In this document: in pieces, positions 25,247 to 35,998 of the stretch
Layout of the letters: each line of letters begins with the position of its first letter
Position numbering within the stretch: position 1 is the first letter of the stretch
Assembly (NCBI GenBank): GCA_964474375.1
Contig: CAYYSG010000001.1
Coordinates: forward strand, 18,559-82,558
Reading direction: 5' to 3'
Length of the DNA stretch: 64,000 nt
DNA from: an uncultured Candidatus Saccharibacteria bacterium
GTDB taxonomy: Bacteria; Patescibacteriota; Minisyncoccia; Phycocordibacterales; UBA9973
Made by a program: the position numbers and the translations under genes
The notes under the pieces: model-generated
Told to the model about the DNA's origin: nothing
What the model saw: only the letters and a program-made list of their open reading frames with translations
The model's database searches: none

Positions 25247-26362
25247 TTATTTCAAAGCTTTTATTCCGGGTAGTGTTCCTGTGGCTAGGAATTCCAGTGT
25301 AGCTCCCCCGCCGGTCGATACAAAAGTAAAATCTTTTTCCATTTTACTCCTGTGAATTATTTCCGCAGTGTCACCTCCGCCTATTATTGTTTCAGCTTTG
25401 GACTTTGCTAATAGTTTTAATAATTCTTTTGTTCCAGCATCATCATTTAGTCCTGATTTTGACAACGGTCCATTCCATACAACTAGCTTGGCTTTGTCGA
25501 TCAGTGGTTTTATTCTGGTTAGTGTTTCGGTACCAGTGTCTACTATATTGTCGCCTTCTTCTACTTCTTCAATAGCAACTTCGACTAGTTTGTTTTTACG
25601 CAGCACTGTTACGTCCATTGGTAATAACATCTTTGAATTTTTTAATACAGCACTTGGTATTTTTGTTTCGTCATGTAGTGATACTCCAATTTCGAAACCT
25701 TTATTTTTTAGTAGTGTATTAGCTAATGCTCCTCCTACAAATACTGCATCCGCTGATGTTAGGTATTTTTTTAACAATGGTAGCTTGGTGTCGAATTTAG
25801 CACCACCCAGAATGAACAAAAATGGATGTTTGGGTTTCATTGCTTTGCTTAGCATTTTTATTTCTTCTTCCATTTGTATTCCGGCAAAGCTTGGTAATAA
25901 TTTTGGTACACCTACGATAGAAGCATGTTTTCTATGTGACACAGAAAACGCATCATTTACATACACGTCCGCCAGTCCAGCTAGGAATTTGGTGAATTTT
26001 AATTCATTCTTTTTTTCACCTGGCCATCTGCGCAAATTCTCTATCAGGAGTACTTCCCCCATGGATAAATCCATCACACTGTCTTTTACGCATTCAAAGT
26101 CTTCCCCGTTTTCAAAATAACCTTTGTATTTTTTCTTTGCCAAGTATTTTGCCACAGGTAGTAGCGACTCGTCTCCTGATTCGCCTATGTGTGCAACTAC
26201 AACTATTTTGGCATTTTTACTGACAAGGTAATCTATAGTTTTCAAAGTCTTGTCTATTCGAAAAGTATCAGTAACTATTCCTTTTTCTATCGGGACATTA
26301 AAATCAGCTCTTAGTAGTACTGTTTTGTTTTTTATATTTCCAATTTTTTTTATATTTAACAT
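25247..26362 (-). CDS. pgk: Phosphoglycerate kinase
   Basis: VLLRADFNVP N-terminal signature and GGGDT nucleotide-binding motif. Confidence 0.9.
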   Translation of the reverse strand: MLNIKKIGNIKNKTVLLRADFNVPIEKGIVTDTFRIDKTLKTIDYLVSKNAKIVVVAHIGESGDESLLPVAKYLAKKKYKGYFENGEDFECVKDSVMDLSMGEVLLIENLRRWPGEKKNELKFTKFLAGLADVYVNDAFSVSHRKHASIVGVPKLLPSFAGIQMEEEIKMLSKAMKPKHPFLFILGGAKFDTKLPLLKKYLTSADAVFVGGALANTLLKNKGFEIGVSLHDETKIPSAVLKNSKMLLPMDVTVLRKNKLVEVAIEEVEEGDNIVDTGTETLTRIKPLIDKAKLVVWNGPLSKSGLNDDAGTKELLKLLAKSKAETIIGGGDTAEIIHRSKMEKDFTFVSTGGGATLEFLATGTLPGIKALK

Positions 26363-26367
26363 ATGAT

Positions 26368-27144
26368 TTATTTGTTTATTATTTCAATAATTTTTTTTAT
26401 TTCTTTCGGGTCTAAACTAGCGCGTCCTAGCAGGAATCCGTTTATATTATGAACCGCCATTATTTCTTCGCAGTTTTTTGAATTTACCGATCCCCCGTAT
26501 AGTATAGGTATGCTCATTCCATTATTTTTACCGAACAACTCAACTAACTTTTTACGAATCGCAATACTCATTTCATAAATTTCATTTTCGTTAGCGCTGC
26601 GTGTTGCATTTTTGCCAATAGCCCATACTGGTTCATAAGCTATAGTTATATTTTTTAAATCCTGTCTCTTTGCATACAGCAGTGCTGTTTCTATTTGTTC
26701 ATCTACTATTCGTAAATGCCCCATGTCTTCGTGCCGTTCTCTTTCGCCAACGCATAAAACTACATTCATTTTTTTTGTTAGTGCATTTGCGACTTGTTTC
26801 TGGATGTCAGTATTGTTTTCACCACCTCCGTTTGCTGGATACCTTCTTTCGCTATGGCCAATTATTACATTTTTTATACCGATGGAATTTACTTGCTCGG
26901 CACCGTATCCCCCAGTATAGGCACCGGTGTTTTCGCTACTTATGTTTTGTGCATAAACATTAATACTTTTTCCATACTTTTTATTTACTTCAGATAGAAA
27001 AACCGCTGGTAGCGCAATACCAAAAACCACATCTTTGTAGGATTTTTTAAGATTCACATATTCTTTTGTTAGATTAAGCGCCACAGTTAGAGTGTTCGGG
27101 TTCTGTTTTAGATTGCCAATGATTATTTTGTTGCCTTCTTTCAT
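26368..27144 (-). CDS. tpiA: Triosephosphate isomerase
   Basis: IIGNLKQN, VIIGHSERR, AYEPVWAIG and YGGSV motifs. Confidence 0.9.
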   Translation of the reverse strand: MKEGNKIIIGNLKQNPNTLTVALNLTKEYVNLKKSYKDVVFGIALPAVFLSEVNKKYGKSINVYAQNISSENTGAYTGGYGAEQVNSIGIKNVIIGHSERRYPANGGGENNTDIQKQVANALTKKMNVVLCVGERERHEDMGHLRIVDEQIETALLYAKRQDLKNITIAYEPVWAIGKNATRSANENEIYEMSIAIRKKLVELFGKNNGMSIPILYGGSVNSKNCEEIMAVHNINGFLLGRASLDPKEIKKIIEIINK

Positions 27145-27195
27145 AACACTATTCTACCACAAAGTATTTTTCTTTAGAAAATAAATGCTCTTTAA

Positions 27196-27219
27196 AACAC
27201 AAAACCCCGCAAAGCGGGG
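27196..27219 (-). terminator. Rho-independent terminator ending the type IV pilus operon
   Basis: ccccgc-aaa-gcgggg hairpin. On the minus strand it is followed by ttttgtgtttt. Confidence 0.65.
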
Positions 27220-27311
27220 CATGTGTTAGGCATTTGTTTGTATTAATAACACCGTTAGGTATCTATACTCACAAAGCTAGTATAGCAAATTTGATATCAT
27301 TTGTCAAGCTT

Positions 27312-27872
27312 TTAGTATAGAAATACCGGATTTTCCCTATTTGAGCCATTATCGGGACCTTCTGTGTCCCTTTCTGGGTTATCAACTGTGACTGTTATCG
27401 GGCTTAAATCTATGGATTTTCCGTCTTGTTTTGTAACTTTTATATATAGGACATTTACTCCATCTTTGGTCTTACTGCTATCCCAGATGCTGTTATAAGG
27501 AGCATTACTGTCGGATTCTATCAGTGTTTTACCGACATAAAAGTCTATTTTTTTAACAAGCATTCCGTCTTCGGGGATTATGAATACCGGGACTATCCCT
27601 GTTACTGTTTGACCATCTTTTACTCCATCGACGGTAAAACTCTCCCCTGTTTCGGTCTTTACTTGGTTTACGAGGTCAAATATATTTTCCTCGGGGACGG
27701 GTGTAGCATCTTGGATGGATGTGATGTTTTGGTTTAAGTAGTTTACATTACGATTCACAAACAAATATATAGATATTGTTGTTAGTAATCCTACTAAGAA
27801 TACGAATGTAATTAATTTATTTATTTTGTGTGGTTTGTTTTCTATCATATTTTTTCTTAAAGTTCGTCCCAA
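27312..27872 (-). CDS. Membrane-anchored hypothetical protein, last gene of pilus operon
   Basis: N-terminal TM (LITFVFLVGLLTTISIYLFV). Overlaps the upstream gene by 16 nt. Confidence 0.5.
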   Translation of the reverse strand: MGRTLRKNMIENKPHKINKLITFVFLVGLLTTISIYLFVNRNVNYLNQNITSIQDATPVPEENIFDLVNQVKTETGESFTVDGVKDGQTVTGIVPVFIIPEDGMLVKKIDFYVGKTLIESDSNAPYNSIWDSSKTKDGVNVLYIKVTKQDGKSIDLSPITVTVDNPERDTEGPDNGSNRENPVFLY

Positions 27873-29323
27873 GATATTACGGAATATTTATCTGATGTTA
27901 GTGGAAATGATGGTGGTGGTCCATATAGCAAGTTAGCGTCATAGGTAATGGTTCTGTCTTCATATCCAGTTCCGTTTGTATAAGCAAAACCATAACGCTG
28001 GTTAGTACCTATCATACCGTACAGTGTTATGGAATCTCTTTCGTGGTATGGGGAACAACTTGAACTATAGTAATGTCTACCTACTCGCCCATTGATTGCC
28101 ATTAGTGCTGCATCTATTCTTAAATCTGTATCACTCACCATGCCTATGTTTATGTCGTCTTGTGCAATTAGAGCTAGGACATCTTGTCCGTCATAGTTTG
28201 TATAGCTGATGTCGTTATTTATTGTTATGTTTTTTCTTTGGCTGGCATTGTCCGGGAATCTACCCGCGGCGATTGTTATCCTTGCTGTGTTTATTGTTCC
28301 TTCTACCCAAACATTGTCTTCTACGAATATTAATCCATTAGCTGGGTTTGCATAGTTTGCAATAAAAGTTTGGCCATTGTTTGACCGGATGCTCCATGTC
28401 CCCCAAGAAGAATCATATCCACTAGAATTACTAGAACAAGAGTTAGATGCTGATGTTAGGTTAGTTACACGATATAGGTCAAAAGTATCATTGGTTCGCA
28501 AGACTATTCTGTAGCCAAGTTGTCCAGATGCTGCAAAATATCTACCATTAGATTGTGCGTCAGCTTTTATATTGGAAAGATCACTGGTAATACCTGTAAA
28601 GTCAGCTTGAGGTACTGGGAATTGCCTACCGGCCATAAATACATCTGTTCGGTTAGGTACCGGACTTGTCGGTGGTGCTTCACTCGAGCGGAAAGAACTG
28701 TTTACTCCAGACGAAGGCGGTGCATTTACATGAGTATGAACCCCAAATTCACTATTACCTGTATGGTCAGGGTCGTTATATGATGATACTGCACTGGTTA
28801 CTAGATTATGAGCGATACCATCGAACCGAATACCACCATTGGAATGTAGTGGTCCAAATACTTCGGTACCTTCACCAAAACGCATCTCATCGTTTGCTAC
28901 TACTGAATAACGCGCAAAAGAAGGAATAGCTAATCTTACTTGAACAGTTCTTCTTATTGTTGGTGAAGCGGTAATTCGTCCTTCGGAAGTTACTGTTACA
29001 ATTGTCGATCCAGTAATCGGTGGTGTAATCGTTAGGCTGAATGTACCTACTTGGTTTCCATCTTTGTCGTAAAAATTATGAATATATGGACCCGATTGCC
29101 CTGTACCATCTTGAAAATCACTTGGTGCATGAGCCAGGTGCCATCTGTAGTATTCGACGCCGGCTTCAGCTATCTGCAATGCCTGTTCCTTGTAAAGAGA
29201 TCTTCTGGCTAATTTGATACTTGACCCAGACCAAGCCACAAAGAAACTTAAGAAAGCCAAAGCCACACTTAGGAAGACAAGTGTATTTATTAGAATTATT
29301 CCAGTGTGTTTTGTTTTTGGCAT
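27857..29323 (-). CDS. PilX-like type IV pilus minor component
   Basis: Hydrophobic N-terminus followed by QALQIAEAGVEYYRWHL, resembling the PilX_N pattern. 488 aa. Confidence 0.45.
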   Translation of the reverse strand: MPKTKHTGIILINTLVFLSVALAFLSFFVAWSGSSIKLARRSLYKEQALQIAEAGVEYYRWHLAHAPSDFQDGTGQSGPYIHNFYDKDGNQVGTFSLTITPPITGSTIVTVTSEGRITASPTIRRTVQVRLAIPSFARYSVVANDEMRFGEGTEVFGPLHSNGGIRFDGIAHNLVTSAVSSYNDPDHTGNSEFGVHTHVNAPPSSGVNSSFRSSEAPPTSPVPNRTDVFMAGRQFPVPQADFTGITSDLSNIKADAQSNGRYFAASGQLGYRIVLRTNDTFDLYRVTNLTSASNSCSSNSSGYDSSWGTWSIRSNNGQTFIANYANPANGLIFVEDNVWVEGTINTARITIAAGRFPDNASQRKNITINNDISYTNYDGQDVLALIAQDDINIGMVSDTDLRIDAALMAINGRVGRHYYSSSCSPYHERDSITLYGMIGTNQRYGFAYTNGTGYEDRTITYDANLLYGPPPSFPLTSDKYSVISWDEL

Positions 29324-29324
29324 T

Positions 29325-29930
29325 TTAATAATTATCTTTTAGGTTCCGTAGGCTAATCTGGGTCGTTATGACTGTTGCATCTGGCGCTACTTCTGTATTC
29401 GCATCTAATAATAGTTCTATTTTAATTAAACGAATGGTGGATATGTCTACAGGTTGCGACAATGCAGCGGATGATCCCGTGTAATTAGTATCGTAGTATG
29501 TAAAAATTGGGTTAGCAGCGGTGTTTCTTACATTATAAACTACATCAGTCAAAGTCTCCGTAGTATTATAACTTAGTGGGTTGCCTATCGGTGTGATAGT
29601 GCCTCTTCTTAGAGTTGTACCAGACAGGAAGTATCTTATGCGTTCCCGAATGCCATCACTATTTGTATCAGCGTAAAATATAAAGCTAGTCGTCCCTGCT
29701 GATTCTATTGGATAAGTACCTGTACTAGACGTTGTGGCTGATCTTATTTCGGATGAAATAGGATTTAGAATTGTTCTGGAGTTATCAGAAATACTGAGTG
29801 AATTTGAAAACCCTTTGTTGTAAGAAAAAATATTACTCGCAAAAGAACTAATAATAACGATCATTGTACCTAGTACAAAAAGACTTATTAGTAATTCTAT
29901 TACAGTGAAACCCTGGGATTTTTTTTTCAT
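29325..29930 (-). CDS. Type IV (pseudo)pilin with class III signal peptide
   Basis: KSQGFTVIELLISLFVLGTMIVI places a prepilin peptidase site G/F with Glu at +5. Confidence 0.75.
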   Translation of the reverse strand: MKKKSQGFTVIELLISLFVLGTMIVIISSFASNIFSYNKGFSNSLSISDNSRTILNPISSEIRSATTSSTGTYPIESAGTTSFIFYADTNSDGIRERIRYFLSGTTLRRGTITPIGNPLSYNTTETLTDVVYNVRNTAANPIFTYYDTNYTGSSAALSQPVDISTIRLIKIELLLDANTEVAPDATVITTQISLRNLKDNY

Positions 29931-29937
29931 CTAGTAT

Positions 29938-31740
29938 TTATTGTGCGATTGTAACTTCTTCGCTTTGCCAATTACTACTAATGTTTATGATTCGACTCAT
30001 ATCTTGATAACCGCTCTTTGTTACAGTTAAAGTATAATCCCCTGTGCTAAGTCCCGCAAATGAAATTTGACCTGGTGGTATACATGATGATGTATAAGTA
30101 ACTGATATGTCTGATACTGATGGCGTATAGTCAGTATCATCAGTCTCTAGAAATATTCTATATCTTAAATATTGGTTACCGTTATGAGATGCACCTATGT
30201 TTTGGTCGGCTGTTGTAAAATAAGTCGAAGACGTATCATCTGGTCCAACAAAATCCCAAGTTAAATTATCATTATTTGTAGCTATTTGGAATTTCACAGA
30301 ATCTGCTCCTGTTTGTACTGGCTGAACACTGGATTCCCATAATATTTGTTTAAAATTTCCTGGTGCTCCTATGTCAAAAGTTGATGATGTTAAATAACCA
30401 TTTTGGATATAACTACTACCACTACTACTTAGTTCAAGCAACCCAGGGTTACTGCCCGTGTCTACGTTTCCGTCAGAATCAAAATACATAGCGCTATCCC
30501 CTATATCTGTTTGACCGGAACCACCTGACCAGTCGGTTTGTGTTATGAACCCTTCGTCTGTTATTTTTGTTGAGTTGTATCCGCCAGATGAATCAAGAGT
30601 TACGCTAGCATCTGTTACAGGTAATCCTGTTGATTGGTCTCGAACTATTACCACTAACCTGCGACCATTTTTAGCAGCTAATGTTAGTTGCATGTTTTGA
30701 GTTGTATCTGGCGGTACTCCTAGTGATAGTAGTGGGTTTGTACCTATTATGTCGTACGTCCCGTCGGTACCCAGTATGTTATAAGTGTCCCATTCAAGGT
30801 TACTAAGTAGTGCCTGCCCTGACCCATCAGTAATGAACGACTGCGAATATTTTATTGTATCAGGATCTGTGCCTATTAATTTAAGACCTACCGCATCAAA
30901 ATCGAATCCAGAAATTGGGCTACACTGTGAATTAACCGCGGTTACCGGCACAGTACTGACTTTATCGATAGCGAAAGATACTTGTGTGATTTGTTGAATA
31001 ACCACAGTTAGGTCTGGTTTCAAAGGATTAGGGTTAGCTTGTTCGCCTGGTAGGTATGTTCTTTCTGTAGAATAGCCATTTTTACTAACGGTTATTCTGT
31101 ACCCATTAACTGATGGGGGTGCGTCGACTATAGTCAGTGTGCCATCGACTCCTGTTACATCAGTTATATTAATTGCAGGGCTTAGACTAGAGTTTGCAAT
31201 GTTTACAGTAGCTCCTGATACAGCAACTCCTGACCCATCGAATACTCTTACTACTAATGCTCCATTAGTAGAAGCTGTTTCAAGATTTTTAGGGGCTATA
31301 GTACTGGTTAGTGTCACTGGTGCAAAATTAGTACAAGCATTACATGAAACGATTATTTCCATTAATTTCATGTCTGCTGGAGACAAGTCGTTAGGAGACC
31401 CACCTAGAGTTCCATCAAAAGGATCATCGATATTACGTATTGTTATGCTTACATCAAATGTCCTAGTATCACGTGTTATAGTTTGGCTTTGAGGAAAAAC
31501 CCCAGCCGGAATACCATTTATGGTTCCAACGCTAGCATAAGGTAGATTCCGAGCTATTTCGAATTGTTCGTTAGCTAAGTTTGTTGCTATTTCTTTTAGC
31601 TTAATTAAATTCATTAGTCTTAGTGTATTTCCGAAACCTTGATATAGCGCTACAGATACACCTAAGAATATCGCCATTGCTACTAGCGTTTCCATTAGAG
31701 TAAACCCACCTTTTTTAATTATTTTTTTTATTTTAAACAT
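29938..31740 (-). CDS. Large type IV pilin-like protein (600 aa), possible tip/adhesin pilin
   Basis: KKGGFTLMETLVAMAIFLGV prepilin N-terminus, then a large Thr/Ser/Gly-rich domain. Confidence 0.6.
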   Translation of the reverse strand: MFKIKKIIKKGGFTLMETLVAMAIFLGVSVALYQGFGNTLRLMNLIKLKEIATNLANEQFEIARNLPYASVGTINGIPAGVFPQSQTITRDTRTFDVSITIRNIDDPFDGTLGGSPNDLSPADMKLMEIIVSCNACTNFAPVTLTSTIAPKNLETASTNGALVVRVFDGSGVAVSGATVNIANSSLSPAINITDVTGVDGTLTIVDAPPSVNGYRITVSKNGYSTERTYLPGEQANPNPLKPDLTVVIQQITQVSFAIDKVSTVPVTAVNSQCSPISGFDFDAVGLKLIGTDPDTIKYSQSFITDGSGQALLSNLEWDTYNILGTDGTYDIIGTNPLLSLGVPPDTTQNMQLTLAAKNGRRLVVIVRDQSTGLPVTDASVTLDSSGGYNSTKITDEGFITQTDWSGGSGQTDIGDSAMYFDSDGNVDTGSNPGLLELSSSGSSYIQNGYLTSSTFDIGAPGNFKQILWESSVQPVQTGADSVKFQIATNNDNLTWDFVGPDDTSSTYFTTADQNIGASHNGNQYLRYRIFLETDDTDYTPSVSDISVTYTSSCIPPGQISFAGLSTGDYTLTVTKSGYQDMSRIINISSNWQSEEVTIAQ

Positions 31741-31743
31741 GGT

Positions 31744-32964
31744 TTAACTTACGTTTTCCATCATTTTGTACATCGGTGTCATCATAGCAACAGCAAAGAA
31801 TCCCACAGCTCCCCCGATTAGCAGCATCAGCATTGGTTCAACTATTGTGGACAAGTTCTTTGTTTTTTGGTCAACTTCGTCTTCATAAAAATTTGCTACA
31901 TCTATTAGCATATCGCCGACTTTTCCGGATTCTTCACCTACTTCTATCATGTCCCCCATCATAATTGGGTATAAATTAGAATGGTTTTGAAATGCACTAG
32001 ACAGAGGACTACCTTTTTGAATATCACGCAGAGCTTCTTCCATTACAGCTTTGTATTGCAAATTCCCAATAACGTCACGTGTAATTTCTAGACTCCTTGT
32101 TACACTAACCCCTGATTTTAGTAGTGACGCCAGGGTACGCGCCGTTCTAGCTGTTAGAGTTTGTTTGGCTATAGTGCCAATGGCTGGCAGTTTTACTATA
32201 GCAATACTAAGAAATTGTTTAACTTTAGGAAGTTTTGTTACTTTGTATATTGTAAAAACTATAACAACAATCCCTACAACAAGAGCAATGAAATTATCAT
32301 TGATAGTATTAGCTAGCCAAAGAACTATTTTAGTTGGTAGTGGCATATCTACATCAAATTCCACGAATACTTTTAAAAGGTTCGGTACGACGAACTTCAT
32401 CATTAGTATCCCAATGATACCCATAGCACCAATAATAACCATTGGGTAGGTCATAGCACCTTTTATTTTTCTTTTTAGATTGTAAGATCTTTCGAGATGT
32501 GTCTCGACTTCGCGCAATGTTCCTACCAGGTTTCCGGATTCTTCACCTGCGCGCATCATTGAAATAAATAAATTATCAAAAACTTTTGGGTGTTTAGCTA
32601 ATGCATCAGATAAATTGCCTCCAGCCTTTATGTTTTCAAATATACTATGAAAAATAGCTTTCATTTTTACGTTGGTACTTTGTTTTTCTAGTATTTCTAT
32701 ACTACGAGCCAGTGCCACACCAGCTTGCATAAGACCCGCCATGTTTCGGCACATATTAATAAGGTCTGTTGTTTTGATACGTGTTAGGAATGAAAAACTC
32801 ATACCATCTTTTTTCTTTTCTTTGACGGATATCAAAATATCACCTTGTGTTCTAAGACTTCTAGCCAGAGTAAGTTTATCCGGCGCTTCCATTTGTCCGT
32901 CGTACTTTTCACCATTTTTGCGAGCTGCTTTGAATTTGTATAACATATTATTCGTTAATAACAC
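31744..32964 (-). CDS. pilC: Type IV pilus assembly platform protein PilC (GspF family)
   Basis: Duplicated GspF domain architecture with three TM segments. 406 aa. Confidence 0.8.
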   Translation of the reverse strand: MLLTNNMLYKFKAARKNGEKYDGQMEAPDKLTLARSLRTQGDILISVKEKKKDGMSFSFLTRIKTTDLINMCRNMAGLMQAGVALARSIEILEKQSTNVKMKAIFHSIFENIKAGGNLSDALAKHPKVFDNLFISMMRAGEESGNLVGTLREVETHLERSYNLKRKIKGAMTYPMVIIGAMGIIGILMMKFVVPNLLKVFVEFDVDMPLPTKIVLWLANTINDNFIALVVGIVVIVFTIYKVTKLPKVKQFLSIAIVKLPAIGTIAKQTLTARTARTLASLLKSGVSVTRSLEITRDVIGNLQYKAVMEEALRDIQKGSPLSSAFQNHSNLYPIMMGDMIEVGEESGKVGDMLIDVANFYEDEVDQKTKNLSTIVEPMLMLLIGGAVGFFAVAMMTPMYKMMENVS

Positions 32965-34705
32965 GCAAGACTTCGTCTATTGTTGTTTCACCTTTTGCGG
33001 CTAAGAATATTCCGTCTTCAAGCATAGTCATCATACCTTCAACCTTAGCTTGCTTCTCTATTTCATCGTCTGTTGCTCCTTTTAGAATGAGCTCTTTTAT
33101 TGTCGGTGACATTACCAGAGCTTCATGTAGTCCAACACGTCCTTTGTATCCAGTGTCGGATTCTGTTGGGTTTAGTGGCCTATAAAAAGGTATTTCTCTC
33201 CATGTATCATTTGGGCCTATTATGTTTTCTGCTTTTAGGAAGCCGAGCATTCTGTCGAGGTCTACGAATTTAGAAAGTTCCATTAGTTCCGCATCATTCA
33301 TGATGTACTTTTCTTTTTCTCCACCAAGTCTTCGTACTAGTCTTTGAGCAATGATGATTTTTAAAGTTGAAACTAATAGAAATGCTGGTATTCCCATATC
33401 TAAGAATCTCGGAATAGCCCCAGCTGCACTATTGGTGTGGATAGTTGATAGTACAAGGTGTCCAGTCAATGCAGCATTCACGGCGATACCGGCTGTTTCT
33501 CCATCACGAATTTCCCCTACCATAACAATGTCCGGGTCTTGACGAAGAAGAGTTCTTAGTCCGTTAGCAAAAGTCAGCCCAATTTCTGATCTTACTTGAG
33601 TTTGGTTTATGCGAGGCATTTGGTATTCTACCGGGTCTTCAACTGTCGAAATATTTACTTCCGGAGTATTTACCATGTCGAGCATTGTATATAGTGTGGT
33701 TGATTTACCGGATCCTGTTGGTCCGGCTGCTATGATCATTCCGATGTGTTGCTTTAGAGCATTGTGAGCTCTTTCCAGTGAATTTCCATGGAAACCAAGC
33801 CCTTCGAGAGTAAATCCTTTGGAATTTTCTTTCAGAATACGAATAACGACTTTTTCTCCATAGTACACAGGCAAGGTTGATACACGAAATGATACTTTCA
33901 TTCCGTCTTGTTCTATTTTGAACCGCCCGTCTTGTGGCAGTCTTTTTTCATCAAGTTTAAGGTTAGACAAGACTTTGATACGAGCAACTATACCATTGGC
34001 GGTTTTCTTCGGAAGAACCATGGCATCACGCAAGAGTCCATCGATACGGTACCGTACGTAGAATGCATCCTCGTGGGGTTCCATATGGATATCACTGGAT
34101 CCTTGGAGTATAGCGTGGGATACTAGCGAATCCACGATTTTTACTATTGGTAGGTCCTCGGCTAATTCCTTTAAATCCTTTTCGTTTTCAACAATTTCAC
34201 CATCTTTGGAGACTTTTAAAGATTTTACATTGCCGGATTCTTTGTCGATTATGTCTTGGAATTCATCATGTAGTGTTTTTTTATATAAAGTCAGTGCGTG
34301 TGTGATAGAAGCACTGTCGGTTAGTCTTGGCAATAGTTTGACACCTAGTTTTTTCTTTATAGAGTCCAGCACCACTAGGTCGTCCACATCAAGCATCGCG
34401 ACTTCTAGTCCTTTGTCTTGCTTTTTATAAGCCACAATGTTGTGTGTTCGGACGATTGGCTCTGGAATAAGAGACAAGACTTCGATGTCGATATCGACAT
34501 TTTCAAGTGAAAGAAAAGGTATACCCAGTACGTAACCAACTGATTTTTGGAGTTCATCTTCTTTTATTTTACCTTGCGAAACTAGAACTTTTCCCAGAGT
34601 ATCCCCTGTTTTTTCAGATTGTTTCTCGGCTTTTTCTATATCGCCGGGTGTAACAAGATTTGATTCAAGTAGAAATTTTTTTAAAGCTTCTGGTGATACG
34701 TACAT
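32948..34705 (-). CDS. pilB: Type IV pilus assembly ATPase PilB (GspE family)
   Basis: Walker A GPTGSGKSTTLY and RQDPDIVMVGEIRD, plus an N-terminal GspII_E-like domain. Confidence 0.9.
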   Translation of the reverse strand: MYVSPEALKKFLLESNLVTPGDIEKAEKQSEKTGDTLGKVLVSQGKIKEDELQKSVGYVLGIPFLSLENVDIDIEVLSLIPEPIVRTHNIVAYKKQDKGLEVAMLDVDDLVVLDSIKKKLGVKLLPRLTDSASITHALTLYKKTLHDEFQDIIDKESGNVKSLKVSKDGEIVENEKDLKELAEDLPIVKIVDSLVSHAILQGSSDIHMEPHEDAFYVRYRIDGLLRDAMVLPKKTANGIVARIKVLSNLKLDEKRLPQDGRFKIEQDGMKVSFRVSTLPVYYGEKVVIRILKENSKGFTLEGLGFHGNSLERAHNALKQHIGMIIAAGPTGSGKSTTLYTMLDMVNTPEVNISTVEDPVEYQMPRINQTQVRSEIGLTFANGLRTLLRQDPDIVMVGEIRDGETAGIAVNAALTGHLVLSTIHTNSAAGAIPRFLDMGIPAFLLVSTLKIIIAQRLVRRLGGEKEKYIMNDAELMELSKFVDLDRMLGFLKAENIIGPNDTWREIPFYRPLNPTESDTGYKGRVGLHEALVMSPTIKELILKGATDDEIEKQAKVEGMMTMLEDGIFLAAKGETTIDEVLRVINE

Positions 34706-34763
34706 ATGTGTAAATTATAACATAACAAATGTAACCTATCACCTAATGTGATATAATATTTGT

Positions 34764-35675
34764 ATGAAAGTCTCAAAGAAAAATTTTTGGTTTGCTTTGT
34801 TTTTTGGTTTGATATTAGGTACTACATTTATTACTTCAGCATTTAGTGAACCAACGAGTCTGCCATCTAGCACTACGTCATATCCTCCGGTTAACTTAGG
34901 TAGTGAAACACAAATAAAAGAAGGGTCACTCGGTCTTGGTGATGGTACTGCAGTAGCTAGTTCTACACTAACAGGTGCTAATAGTCTTTATGTGACGGGT
35001 AACTTGGCTGCAGATGCAGTAAACGTTCGCAAAAACGCAACACTTGTTGGTAATGTAAATGTAGGCGGTCGTTCTATCATCGCCGGAGCCCTTCGCGCAG
35101 GTCAGGTTATCGTAAGTAACAGTACTAATTCTGTTCCAGCATATAACAACACTGGCGAAAAACTTTTTTTCCCCAACGGTACAACTACTAATTTGATTCG
35201 AGGTAACCATTGTACTTTTTCTAACAATACTGCTTGTCCACCAGGAACAGTCTTAGCTACTTATAACACTAACGGCACTGGAACTTGTAGACTAATCAAC
35301 CCTGTATCAGGAACACCTTCGTCTATTGGGGCTTGTTCTACATCAGGATATCCAAGTATTTCTTTAGGTTTAACTAATACTATTAATAATCAGGGTGCAT
35401 GTAAGGCTACACGGTACTACGCTGCTACTGGCACTGGTACAGTGTATTGGCAACTAAAAGGAGTCTCTGATACAGAATGGACTAGCTTTGGATCCGGCAC
35501 TACATCTCAAGTTGTTGTGGGTATGAACGGAACCAGTGCCAAACTGTATGATTTACGAGCTACTATAGTTAATAATGGATTGTCTAAGAGTCAAACAATT
35601 GAAGTTTATAATGTTGTAGATACTACTTGTGCATCACAATCTGGTGGAACAGGAGCTGGAGCTACAGGTCAATAA
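34764..35675 (+). CDS. Secreted protein, member of local paralog family (EPxGxxPxSNT N-terminal motif)
   Basis: Signal peptide then SAFSEPTSLPSSTTSYPPVNLGS...LGLGDG. Paralogous N-terminus to 35999..36718 and 38349..39437. Confidence 0.55.
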   Translation: MKVSKKNFWFALFFGLILGTTFITSAFSEPTSLPSSTTSYPPVNLGSETQIKEGSLGLGDGTAVASSTLTGANSLYVTGNLAADAVNVRKNATLVGNVNVGGRSIIAGALRAGQVIVSNSTNSVPAYNNTGEKLFFPNGTTTNLIRGNHCTFSNNTACPPGTVLATYNTNGTGTCRLINPVSGTPSSIGACSTSGYPSISLGLTNTINNQGACKATRYYAATGTGTVYWQLKGVSDTEWTSFGSGTTSQVVVGMNGTSAKLYDLRATIVNNGLSKSQTIEVYNVVDTTCASQSGGTGAGATGQ

Positions 35676-35688
35676 TAATAAATAATTT

Positions 35689-35997
35689 ATGGAAAACACA
35701 GAAAACAATACACCTATAGTAAACAAAATGCCGGAATTTAATAACGATACTATTTTAGTTAGTGGTTCCAAAAAACTAACAAAGAAAAAAAGAATCATTA
35801 TAATAATTGCTATTTTTGTACTTATTTCATTACTTGTAACTTATTTATTTTTGGACAATATTAAGCCAGCTGAAAGAATTCCAACTCTTGAAGAAAAAAT
35901 CCAAAACATTGAAAATGTTGTAAATGAAACAGCTCAAATAGGTTTGCCTCCTGAAAATACACAATTAGACATTATGAATTATAACCAAGCTGAATAA
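35689..35997 (+). CDS. Small membrane-anchored protein
   Basis: One TM helix (IIIIAIFVLISLLVTYLFL). Confidence 0.4.
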   Translation: MENTENNTPIVNKMPEFNNDTILVSGSKKLTKKKRIIIIIAIFVLISLLVTYLFLDNIKPAERIPTLEEKIQNIENVVNETAQIGLPPENTQLDIMNYNQAE

Positions 35998-35998
35998 T

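Noticed and set aside
25368-26120. 250-aa plus-strand ORF
   Set aside because: Antisense to pgk, which has strong conserved motifs. The protein is low complexity and Ser/Phe/Asn-rich.
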